Source: Octopus vulgaris
Lineage: Eukaryota
DNA length: 64,000 nt
Assembly (NCBI GenBank): GCA_951406725.2
Contig: OX597830.1
Coordinates: 16,926,001 to 16,990,000, forward strand
Direction: 5' to 3'
Shown here: positions 52,701 through 64,000 of the stretch, in pieces
Position numbering within the stretch: the stretch's first letter is position 1
How the letters are laid out: the number at the start of each line of letters is the position of its first letter
Notes under the pieces: model-generated
Seen by the model: only the letters and a program-made list of their open reading frames with translations
What the model was told of the DNA's origin: nothing
Databases searched by the model: none
Position numbers and translations under genes: made by a program

Positions 52701-52750
52701 TCAATGTTCAGCTGAAGTTGTGTTTATAACTTATGTTTAATAAAAATCAA
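49740..52750 (+). mobile_element. Heavily decayed Ty3/Gypsy LTR-retrotransposon pol (RT, RNase H, integrase), interrupted by a SINE at 50993-51361
   Basis: Plus-strand pieces EFIGKEVYELLSEACIESSMSP, LPHIDAII, QFCHIPSSFANGAAYFQ, IKIFGYC, KFSEKIRAL, HKTLCHP...NLPFSTDDIKKTCSFCQ and LEHFNVDFNGP are collinear with Gypsy pol. No LTRs recognised; boundaries approximate. Confidence 0.8.
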
Positions 52751-52923
52751 CAAAACAAGGACACATTTCAATAAGAGCTGTGGTCAAGGTGACTGAAGTT
52801 TATTGACTAATACTAACCACTTTAAAAGGATGTGTGTATGTGTGTACACATACACACACACACACACACATACACATATGTATGTATATTCATACATACC
52901 ATATATGTGTATGTGTGTATATA

Positions 52924-52971
<48 letters not shown>

Positions 52972-53459
52972 AGTGTTTATATATGTGTGTGTATGTGTAT
53001 GTATATATATGTATGTATATATATATATATATATGTATGTATAGGCGCGGGAGTGGCTGTGTGGTAAGTAGCTTGTTTACCAACCACATGATTCCGGGTT
53101 CAGTCCCACTGTGTGGCACCTTGGGCAAGTGTCTTCTACTATAGCCTCGGGCCGACCAAAGCCATGTGAGTGGATTTGGTAGACGGAAACTGAAAGAAGC
53201 CCGTCGTATACATGTATATATATATGCGTGTGTGTGTTTGTGTGTCTGTGTTTGTCCCCCTAGCATTGCTTGACAACCGATGCTAGTGTGTTTATGTCCC
53301 CGTTACTTAGCAGTTCGGCAAAAGAGGCCGATAGAATAAGTACTTGGCTTACAAAAGAATAAGTCCCAGGGTCGAGTTGCTCGATTAAAAAGGCGGTGCT
53401 CCAGCATGGCCGCAGTCAAATGACTGAAACAAGTAAAAGAGTAAAAGAGTATGTATGTG

Positions 53460-53502
<43 letters not shown>

Positions 53503-53557
53503 ATATATATATGTACATACATATAAATATATGTATAAATATCCATGTGTATCTATG

Positions 53558-53622
<65 letters not shown>

Positions 53623-53625
53623 ATT

Positions 53626-53657
<32 letters not shown>

Positions 53658-53663
<6 letters not shown>

Positions 53664-55148
53664 GTATCATTCTTTACTGCAGGTCAAATTTCTGCTGATA
53701 TTTTGAATATTACACATTGTACAAACCAGAAACTCAGTCCACTGGAAGATCTAGGTAGGTATGTACAAAGTGAACATTTCAATCGTATTGACATAAGCTA
53801 CATACAAAGTTATGTTGAGTTATGTATTTTGAGGTGCTTTCAACTGTGTCACGCTTTATTGCAGGTGTACGAAAATGCCTTTGAAATGACATCTGACGGC
53901 TACATAGAAGACATGAATTGTTGCAGGTCTCACAGAAGGCTTATCTGTGGGAGAATTAACCCAAGAGCTTGATTGGGATACACGAACATTGAAGGCATGT
54001 GTGGAAACCTCCATCACCAAACCAAGGCAAGATAAAGGTACAAGAAGTGAATTCCAGACCTCGGTATCACAAGTGCTGGGATTGCTCCTTTGTCCAGAAA
54101 CACCTGGTGTAGGATCCTTAAAGAGATAGCCAGACCCATCCTAAGCAAGAACCACAATGAGAAACGTATTGATTGGGCACAGAAGTACATGAAGATAACT
54201 TTCCAAGATGCCCTTTTCATAGACGAGGCCAGAGCTACTCTGGATGTCCCTGGCAGATGGGCCAAAGTTTTGGTACCTGTTAGAGCCTCTTGTCCTCATT
54301 GCATTCAGCATCAACAAGAAGGTGGTGGTGTCATGTTTCGGGCAGGAATCATAGGAAATGCACTAGTCGGGCCTTTCCGAGGGTCAGAAGGTGTCAAACT
54401 CACCAGCAACTCCTACACCACACTTCAGGAGGAGCATTTTGCAGCATGGTTATATGATCTGCTACTCTCACGTTGACAGCGATTGATTTTTATGCATGAC
54501 AATACTCCTTCGCATTTAGCCAAGGCTACAATTTCATACTTCGCAATTTTGGGAATCACAGGCCAATCACCCATAATTTGGCCTCCCTGCTCTCCTGACC
54601 TAAATCCTATTGAACAGCTTTGGTTGGTCTTGAAGAAGAAAGTGTATGGAGGAGATATCCAGTTTTCCTTAAAGGATGCCCCGAGGGAAAAGATCAAAAC
54701 AATTGCTGGTACCACAACATCTTAGATTACTCGGCTAACAGCTTCTGTTGACAAAAGACTGTTTGATATCATTTCTAAACAAGGAAGTTACGTAGACTAA
54801 AGTACAATACCAACAATTTAATTATGTTTGTTTCATATCTTTTGCTGCTATTCTTCAGTAGTATGTTTCATTATTACAATAAAATGGTAATATAACGATA
54901 ATACTTTGTTTCATTACCGTAAATTGACATTTTCGTACACCAGCAATAAACCGTGACACAGTTGAAAGCACCTCAAAATACACAACTCAACATAACTTTG
55001 TATGTAGCTTATATCAATATGATTGAATTGTCCACTGCGTATGTGCCTACCTAGGATCTTTCAGTGGACCAAGTTTCACACTTGTACAATGTTTAATATT
55101 CAAAATATCAACAAAAATTTGACCTGCAGTAAAGCATGATACAGAGTT
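53658..55148 (+). mobile_element. Tc1-like DNA transposon, DD37E (TRT-type), about 220-bp TIRs, TA-flanked, transposase inactivated
   Basis: TIRs at 53658-~53880 and ~54925-55148. Motifs FIDEARATLD, FMHDNTPSH and WPPCSPDLNPIE with 37 residues between D and E. In-frame stops at 54474 and 54723. Confidence 0.92.
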
Positions 55149-55638
55149 TATATATATATATATGATATATACATACACATACATATATGTATATACATAC
55201 ATATATGTATATACATGCACACATATATCATCATCATCATCATCATTTAACGTCCGCTTTCCATGCTAGCATGGGTTGGTATATACATACATACATATAT
55301 GTATATACATGCATATATACAAATATATATAGAGAGAGAGTGGGGGCAGGAGAGAGAGAGAGAGAGAATGTGTGTGTTTGTGTGACAGAGTGAGAGACAG
55401 AAAGAGAGAGACAGAGTGAGAGACAGATAGACAAACAGACAGACAGAGAGAGATGGCTATACTTACTTTTGTTTAACATCCCCAAACAATTTTTGCACCC
55501 GCCTTTGACCTAGTCACTGACACTATTGCACTGTGTTGTTGAATGTTGCCAGGAAGCAAGTCATGGATATGCAGTGAAATGTTTTGACACTTCATAATAT
55601 ATAATAACATTAGAGTATTACACGCTTTATGACTAGGG

Positions 55639-56038
55639 ACTAGCAGTATCACCCGGCGTTGCTTGGGTTTGTAAGGGAAATAACTATATAAGCATTTTAA
55701 AGATGTAAAGTATAATAACCATCTCAATATGGCTAACCACAAAGGGGGGGTGTTACTGTAGCTTTTTACATTCTGAGATTTAATAATACATTTTTAGAGA
55801 GTTACTTCCCTTATATAATACCAAAAAAATGCATTAAAAATACGGAAAAATTATGGTAAATTTTTTTTAAAATCGTAGACTCATCGTAGACGCGTGCTAA
55901 TACCCAGAAGGGCTCGATATGAATCACGACTATAAGATACCCGGTTTTGGTTAAACTGCACCGCAAAATGTGGGAGTAGTTAGGAATCTAAATCGTAGGA
56001 GACAGACAGCACACAGCCTCTCTTTTATATATAAAGAT
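55639..56038 (+). mobile_element. Helentron/HINE-like element (same family as 19584-19984)
   Basis: High identity to the 19584 copy with the same termini. Confidence 0.75.
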
Positions 56039-57181
56039 TTTTGAAGTATACTTTTGCTGCAATGGGTAACAGAATGAAATATGGCATACATGAAATAATT
56101 TCTGAGGGCTTCTACAAAACGATGAAATAAATACTAATTTGCAAAAGAAAAACATTTGTTATCCCAAAAACAACAACAACAGCAAGTGGAGACGCAATGG
56201 CCCAATGGTTAGGGCAGCAGACTCGCAGTCGGAGGATCGCGGTTTCGATTCCCAGACCAGGCGTTGTGTGTGTTTATTGAGCAAAAACACCTAAAGTTCC
56301 ACGAGGCTCTGGCAGGGGATGGTGGCGACCCCTGTTGTACTCTTTCGCTCCAACTTTCTCTCACACTTAGTTATTATTAAGCTAGTGTTAGGAACATTAA
56401 TTATGACTAAGCGCTTTGGTGGAAGATTTTAATTCAAAACATTTGAAAACAAGACATTTGTACCACAGAGCCAGAGGCGGTTTCAGGCTGGTTAGTATCA
56501 AAAGGGTTAGAATATTATTGTGGATCCCCAATTTACTATTTTGTTGCATGGACCCCCAAAAATCTTATGTAGACCCTCAGGAGCCATATGGTCCCTGGTT
56601 GAGAACTGCTGACCTAAGCCAACCAAAATGACCACTCTGAACAACTGTAGCAGCTCCTTTACTTGCTCGCTAGACTATGAATGGATGGTTTGTAAAATAT
56701 TTCATTAAAAAGAAAAAAATAACTATAGGGGCTGTGACTACCTCATCATTGGTGGTAAGATATAATTCGAACAAGATTTGGCTTCTATTTCTAATAAGCT
56801 AAGAGACCATGAGATAACCAAGGAATGGGGTAGAAATACATAATAACCCGTGTCTGTGTTAATTAAAAATAATGAATCATTAAATTTACATATTTATAAG
56901 TGACTAACTTATATTAAATTACTGGTTTTGGTTGGGATGAATGAGGCTTAAGCATTTTTTAAATTCATTTATTTTGACACTTCATCTGGGAGTGGTTTGA
57001 AATTTAGATGCATTCATAGGTTTCCTCACGTAGAGGACTCCCTCATTTATTCATTACTGCTCTACTTATTTATGTAATGAGTGTGTGTGTGTGTGTACGT
57101 GCCCCAATATTAAACTTTTTTTTTTTCAGCTAATACATGTGATCGCTTATAAGCTTTATGCTTATAATAATTATCATTTAC

Positions 57182-57222
<41 letters not shown>

Positions 57223-57318
57223 GGTCCCGGGTTGATTCGGGGTTAACCACAGTAAATAAGGTACTCAATACATAGCAGAATGAAACAGTTCTAGTCCTGT
57301 AGAAGCTCCTTCTATATA

Positions 57319-57349
<31 letters not shown>

Positions 57350-57518
57350 CAAATTGAGATTGGGGTTGTAAATGCAACCCTCTATGGGATAACATGTATC
57401 CAATATACTGCTAGTGAAGTACCCAACAAAGTTAATACATAAATGTTAAGAATTGCGATGCAATTCATTCGTTTACTGTATTATATGGGCAAAGATAAAA
57501 TGTTTTACCACAAATTCA

Positions 57519-58014
57519 TAATACAAAATAAGAAAATGGAGAAATACATCGAAATCAAATATCAATTACCAGATAATACTCAATCACATACTTTATTAAA
57601 CCACCACATAAGAAACTATAAGGTTAAACATAAAAAAGTAGAACAAAACAGTGTACATAAAGGAGTGTACATAAAAGAGTAATGTTATACAATAAGTAGA
57701 ATATATATAAGAGAATATAAATATAAGTAAATATAAATATAAATATAGACTACATCTTACAGCTGTTTCGGCCATGTAGATAAGTATGTTTCATTTTACT
57801 TATATTATAAGTAAAATGAGACATACTTATCTATTTATATTCTCTTATATATATTCTACTTATTGTATAACATTACTCTTTTATGTACACTGTTTTGTTC
57901 TACTTTTTTATGTTTAACCTTATAGTTTCTTATGTGGTGGGTTAATAAAGTATGTGATTGAGTATTATCTGGTAATTGATATTTAATTTCGATGTATTTC
58001 TCCATTTTTTTATT

Positions 58015-58020
<6 letters not shown>
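57519..58020. repeat. Inverted duplication (about 190-bp arms) with an internal hairpin, probably Penelope-derived
   Basis: The same peptide appears on both strands in the ORF track (57443+ and 57856-). Inner palindrome at 57777-57833. Confidence 0.85.
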
Positions 58021-58042
<22 letters not shown>

Positions 58043-58045
<3 letters not shown>

Positions 58046-58749
58046 TTTTCTGTTTGGCTGTCACTTTTCAATTTCTTCAATTTTTGTTCCACTTGATTTC
58101 ACATTTGGTGTATTGGTGTAGTTTCGTAAAGTAATCATTGACATTAAATTAATTTTCGCCATAAATCAATAAATAAATAGTTAATAGCTTTTAACATTTG
58201 CAAATTTGGGGTAATTTTAGTCAATCAGAAGCCACATATATATAAAGGAGCCTGTTTCCAAAGTAACAAGCCAAGCATTAGAAAAGCATTTCTGAAAAAC
58301 TTCATTTGTTTATAAACTGATATTTTCCGCTGCATTTGAATTCTCGTACCCACTTTTGTTTTCTACTCTTAAAACTACAAAATTAGTTGTTTACTCTTTT
58401 TCCGCATTAAATGCATACTGAATGCGTAAAACTACAAGATATGTGTTGTTTACTCGTTTTCCGGACATTTTTCGCTTATCAAATGCTCAAAGCACATGCA
58501 TCGTAATGTTGAAACTGTTTTGTCATCTTACGATTGCAGTCATGCATAAAATGACAGCTTCCAAGTCCTGTTCACTGATTGGGTAAATATCATCAAACTT
58601 TAAACGCTGTAACTCTTTTTTTTTTAATTTTCTGGAACAAGTGAATTAGGCTTTGAGATTCAGCGTAAAAAATTACAGCAATACACAAAATTTGATAATT
58701 TTCCTCTTAACTTTAAAGTTTCAAAAAGTGCAGCCAAACAGAAAAGATC
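58043..58749. mobile_element. MITE family 3 (TIR related to family 1)
   Basis: ATCTTTTCTGTTTGGCTGTCACTTTT ... AAAAAGTGCAGCCAAACAGAAAAGATC. Confidence 0.7.
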
Positions 58750-59106
58750 TGTTAGTTGTTTTGAATTTCATGAAGTTCTTTATTTCTTGAAATATGTGGT
58801 CCTGTTGCCTCTCAAACCTACTCCTTCCCAGAAATAAAACGAAATAGTATACTCTTTACTCTTTTACTTGTTTCAGTCATTTGACTGTGGCTATGCTGGA
58901 GCACTGCCTTTAGTCAACCAAATCGAACCCAGGATTTATTCTTTGTAAGCCTAGTACTTATTCTATCGGTCTCTTTTGCCAAACCACTAAGTTACAGGGA
59001 TGTAAACACACCAGCATCGGTTATCAAGCGATGTTGGGGGGACAAACACAGACACAAACATATATACACACACACACATATATATATATATGTGTGTGTG
59101 TGTGTG

Positions 59107-59152
<46 letters not shown>

Positions 59153-60914
59153 TACGACGGGCTTCTTTCAGTTTCCATCTACCAAATCCACTCACAAGGC
59201 TTTGATCAGCCCGAGGCTATACTAGAAGACACTTGCTCAAGGTGCCACGCAGTGGCACTGAACCCAGAACCATGTGGTTCGTTAGCAAGCTACTTACTAC
59301 ACAGCCACTCCTACGCCTATATATGAAAAACAGCGAGCTGGCAGAAACGTTAGCACGCCGGGCGAAATGCGTAGCCGTATTCCGTCTATCGTTACGTTCT
59401 GAGTTCAAATTCCGCCGAGGTCGACTTTGCCTTTCATCCTCTCGGGGTCGATAAATAAAGTACCAGTTTCGCACTGGGTCGATGTAATTGACTTAATCCC
59501 TTTGTCTGTCCTTGTTTGTCCCCTCTATGTTTAGCCCCTTGTGGGTAGTAAAGAAATATATATATTAAAAACAAAAAAACATCCAGAAATTAGCAATTTC
59601 GACAGCCATTCCTTTTAGTAGACCATCACACTGACAAAAATCACGTGGTTCGTTATCTTCCCCACCCAACCTAAGTGCTCTTCCTATCGTCACCACAATC
59701 TACTGCCAGACATAACAGTCGATTTTTGCAGGGTGATTCCAGCAATATTAAGCCTATATATTTACGAAATTATAAAAAAGTCATGTAAAAAGTCCTAAAT
59801 ATCTGCATGTGACCTGATTGCTACTAGTTGCTCACACCTGACCTAAAGTATTGTGAGACAATTTTTTTGTTGAGACTGTATTATTTTTCATTGAGTCAAT
59901 CCTTTTTTTGGGAATTTTACAAAAGATCTGTGTTGAATAAAAATAAGTGTTATACTCACAGAGTGTAAGTAATGAAAATATCTGATTTCAGATTACTCAT
60001 TTTACTTGATAGAGTGTTAGTTATTCAGTTCATTCTAAATATTATCCCAGTGTTACGTATTTATTGTTATTTATAACTTTTCTTTTTCCTCCAACAACAA
60101 AGCATAGTAAACAAATAAACTGTTTTTTATTTCTAATGTATTTATTCTGTGCAGATGAGACGAGCATCGTTCATGTTCTGTTTAAATTACTACACGCCTA
60201 CAACGGCAGGAAAAAATATGAGCAGAGAGGAAATTCCAGAGGACTATTCTTCTGGAGTGGGAAGACTAGGTATAGTGCTTAGTACTGGGTTTAGAGAGTG
60301 GACTTGAAATGGATGAAGTGAAGGAGGATGTGAGACAAATGAGTCAGTAGTGCTTGAGTGGGGATGGCACAAAAGTAAACAACTCTGAAGAGCAGAGGCT
60401 GTTGTAGTTGCAGTTGAAGGAGTAAAGGAAGGAGACAACATGTCTAAGGACCAAAGTAACTCTATGAGTAACTCTATATCAATCAGTCAAGTAATACGGT
60501 TGAGGATGTCTATTAATGCAGTAGCAACAGCACCATCCCAGATTTGGAACCAGTACTCCAATATGGGTTTCACTTGATCTTTGTAGAGAGTTATGACCAG
60601 CCTTTGAGTGATAGCAAAATTTCAAGTTATAGCATGGCAAACAAAATAGGATATCGAATATAAGATCTTTCACTTTTAATTAATTTGATAAAATTTATTG
60701 ATGAATCACTGGAGGCATAAGGGCCACAACACAACACTTGCAAGGAAAAGAATGCAATGCTTCCTCCAAGAAAAATATGAAGTTAATTCCAGTTAGAAAT
60801 AGTCCGAAACAGCACACAACTAGAGTAAGGGCTCTAGCTGAGTGCTACTCATGTTTAAAGGGTCTGAGGTTGTGACGATGTTTTCTCGATATGTGCAATA
60901 ATTGGGGTGAGGGG

Positions 60915-61530
60915 ATCATCATCATCATTATTGTTATCATTATTATTATTATTATAATTATTATTATTGAGTGAGAGAGCAGTGCATGCCATCAAAGTGA
61001 CACTGGGGTAAAATATATGAAGCCCAGTATACCCATCATGACTACCCATCTGATAAGGGTACACTAGGCACATGCATCACAACCATATGTGCGCGACATG
61101 GTGATCTCATATCAAGATAAACAGCACATGACCTTGCAGGTGGGGCCCAGTTAGAATTTTCTTTTGGTCGAGTAACCCATCCCGCTCAAAATGTCCCTGA
61201 ATAAAGGTTGTTTAAGAATGTTGAACGAAACACCCATGTTTCCAAAGGTGAATTATCCAAACCCCAATAAATCCCTCTCAACACATGGCTATGATGTTCC
61301 CCCACTACTTCTGCTCGTGATCAGAGATGCACATATCGTCAGCCACTAAGGGACATGCACAACTGGTTAAGGTCAAACAACTGACAAGCAAATCTGTGGT
61401 ATTGAGCAGAATATTTGCTGTAGCCCATCTTTTATACCAAGACAAAACGATGTACATGATAACACTTCCAATCAGTTAAGATCAGAAGCCATGAGAACCA
61501 CCGCCTGGTACTGCATCAGGGCATTTATTA
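60915..61530 (-). mobile_element. SINE-like element with (AAT)n tail
   Basis: Head AATGCCCTGATGCAGTACCAGGCGGTGG and an (AAT)n tail; resembles a common Octopus retroposon as I recall it. Confidence 0.55.
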
Positions 61531-61718
61531 TTATTTTATCTTTTTTCTTCTTCTTTCAAATTTGCTTCCATTTCTTGCCAAGTGTCTTCCCGACTCCTAG
61601 GGCAAAGAAACTCATTGTATACATTGGTAGGCCATTAAACTAAACTCACTAGTTCGTTCATTTTTTTTTTTTTTTTGATAGAAATAAAAGTTAAATTAAA
61701 ATACATGGGTAGTAATAG

Positions 61719-61781
<63 letters not shown>

Positions 61782-62375
61782 TGCAGTTGAAGAAAACAAA
61801 ATTAGCATGACCACATTGGAAGATCTTCTCATTGAATCAGTGCAGATTTGGTGTGAAGTGTCTTGAGTGGATGTGGATGACATTGCTGTATGGGTTGTAT
61901 CCAGAGCTGGATTTACATATGGCCCAACGCGGGCCCGGTGGCTTCAAGCAATAGGGTCCCCTTTAACTCAGTGAAGTCTAAAGCTTTGTGTTAAAAATTG
62001 TAAAATATATTTACAGCTGTCAAATAATTTGCAATTTTTAAAAATCCTTCAGAGATCTTTTAAAATTATTGGACCCTCTTTTGATTTTATTTGTGGGTCA
62101 GGATGGGGGCTTTTAGATCTTAAAAGCCATTAAATTTAACTGAGTCCCTCTGAATCTACAGGTGCTTTCTTAAATTTTAGGGCTTCTTCAAACATTTTGG
62201 AGTCCCCAGATTTATTGAATTCCTCTTTAACAAAATCGTAGGAGACCCCAAAACTATTGTGTACTATCAGTTAGCGGTAAGGTCAAGGTCAATGATACAT
62301 AGGAGCAAGGGTTGGGGATGGAATTGAGTTCAAGCCACATATCGGGGGGGGGGGGGGCTGGATGAGTGAGTAACA

Positions 62376-62665
62376 GAGAGAGAGAGAGAGAGAGAAAAAG
62401 GGTGTGTGTGTGTGTGCATGCGTGTGTGTGTGTGTGAGAGAGAGAGTGTGTGTGTGTGCGCACGCGTGTGAGTGTATGTGCGTGTGTGCATGCGCGCGTG
62501 TGTGTGCATGCGTGTGTGTGTGCGTGCATGCGTGTGTGAGAGAGAGTGTGTGTGCGCGCGCGCATGTTTGTGCATGCGTGTGTGTGTGTGTGTGAGAGAG
62601 AGAGTGTGTGTGTGCATGCGTGTGTGTGTGAGAGAGAGAGTGTGTGTGTGTGTGTGAGAGAGAGA

Positions 62666-62700
<35 letters not shown>

Positions 62701-62812
62701 TGTGTGTGTGTGTGTGTGAGAGAGAGAGATAGAGAGTGTGTGTGTGTGTGCATGCGTGTGTGTGTGTGAGAGAGAGAGAGAAAGAGAGAGAGAGGGGCAG
62801 AGACAGACAGAG
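62376..62812. repeat. Compound (GT)n/(GA)n/GCAT microsatellite
   Basis: Read directly from the sequence. Confidence 0.95.
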
Positions 62813-63090
62813 AGTACACTGGAAGAAATTAGAGCTAGACAAATGGAACTCAATAGGCGAGCAGTTTAGACGGGAGATTCACGTGCCAGACACGTTCGAA
62901 AGCTCTGCTGACGTCGATACCAATGGCATTGCTTTCATCAAGTTTCTTTATAGTAATTAATTGAGTGACACAAAAGAATAGGTTCCCGAGTGTATCTAGT
63001 TTGACGAAAGTCACCAAACAGGTAGTTATTAAATGTTTATAATAATTGTATAGATATATTAGATGCATTTCCATTCAGAGAGAAAATTTC

Positions 63091-64000
63091 GGATCTTTTC
63101 GGTTTGAACGGCAGTTTTTTTTTTCTAACGGTGTCATATGAAATTGTCACCCATAATTATGACCCTAGTATCGATCTATTGCATTTCAATCTGTTTTAGG
63201 GTTAGGGTTAGGGTTAGGGGTGGGGGGAAGGGCATCTTTTTTTTCTTCACAAATGTAAGTAAACCCAATCTGTGGATCTTTTTGGTTTGACCGGCAGTTT
63301 CCACGTAACTAAACACTTTTAAACTTCGTATACTGGTAGAATGTCTTTATAAAACATCTTTTTCTCTTGGCTTTATTGAGAAAATTCTATAGTTTGTAAG
63401 ATATTTGTTGTTTTTTTATTCTTCAATTTCTGCAATTTCAACCAATCAATGACATCTATTGAGGTGAAAACATTCTGTGCCATATGAATATGTCCCTCAT
63501 TTAAGAAACAGATTGAAATCTTTTCGGTTTGAACGGCAGTTTTTTAAAATAATTTCCATGTAACTAAACACTTTTAAACTTCGTATACTGGTAGAATGTG
63601 TTTATAAAACATCATTTTCTGTTGGCTTTATTGAGAAAATTCTATAGTTTGTACTTATAGTAGAAAGAAATATTAAATAGGGTTTCGCATTCGGTTATGG
63701 GTTAGTTTGGGTCTGAGTTTGAATTTGGGGTTTTGGCTAGGAGTTAGGGACCATATTGATGTGTGTGCTCCAATTTAGATTGTTGTCTACAGTTACATCA
63801 AAGTCCCTGACGTTATTTGACGCTATGAGGAGCTGCTCTCCAGAAGGAAAAGAATATTGCTGTTTAAGTATATTTTCTTATTATCTTACAAACTATAGAA
63901 TTTTCTCAATAAAGCCAAGAGAAAAAGATGTTTTATAAACACATTCTACCAGTATACGAAGTTTAAAAGTGTTTAGTTACGTGGAAATTATTTTTAAAAA
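63091..64000. mobile_element. Nest of at least three MITE family 1 copies
   Basis: TIR starts at 63091, 63274 and about 63516; (TTAGGG)4 near 63196; the window ends inside a further arm. Confidence 0.85.

Noticed and set aside
62254-62853. ORFs of 170-199 aa rich in His/Thr/Ser/Leu
   Set aside because: (CA)n/(CT)n microsatellite artefacts.
63196-63220. (TTAGGG)4 as evidence of a chromosome end
   Set aside because: It is an internal part of MITE 1 and is also present in the other copies.
47900-64000. Search for a divergent plus-strand gene upstream of HIF1AN, e.g. donor-like CAG|GTAAGA at about 51389
   Set aside because: No recognisable coding exon found; that donor-like site lies inside Gypsy RT sequence.

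Overview
Eukaryotic, AT-rich, repeat-dense DNA. The SINE, MITE and LINE content looks like Octopus (coleoid cephalopod); the species cannot be fixed from the sequence. One host gene is supported: HIF1AN/FIH-1 (hypoxia-inducible factor asparaginyl hydroxylase, JmjC) on the minus strand. I traced seven coding exons by hand, from the ATG at 47165 down to 549. They total 930 nt (310 codons), all introns are GT-AG and all phases are consistent. The last exon lies left of the window, and intron 1 is about 31.4 kb. Almost all other ORFs in the track are microsatellite or SINE artefacts. The rest is transposon-derived: two abundant tRNA-type SINE families, GG-ended MITEs with 8-bp TSDs (Merlin-like, one family carrying TTAGGG repeats), Helentron/HINE-like elements, a DD37E Tc1-like transposon, and decayed Tx1/L1, CR1-like, Gypsy and Penelope elements. 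The most interesting observations are: a cluster of HIF-response-element cores around exon 1 of the FIH gene (possible HIF-FIH feedback), a candidate internal promoter or alternative first exon at about 21.9 kb that coincides with a visible change in CpG content, a 28S rRNA fragment captured inside a SINE, and a 483-bp tandem duplication whose breakpoint lies in a perfect 25-bp hairpin. The regulatory ideas are hypotheses, not demonstrated systems.
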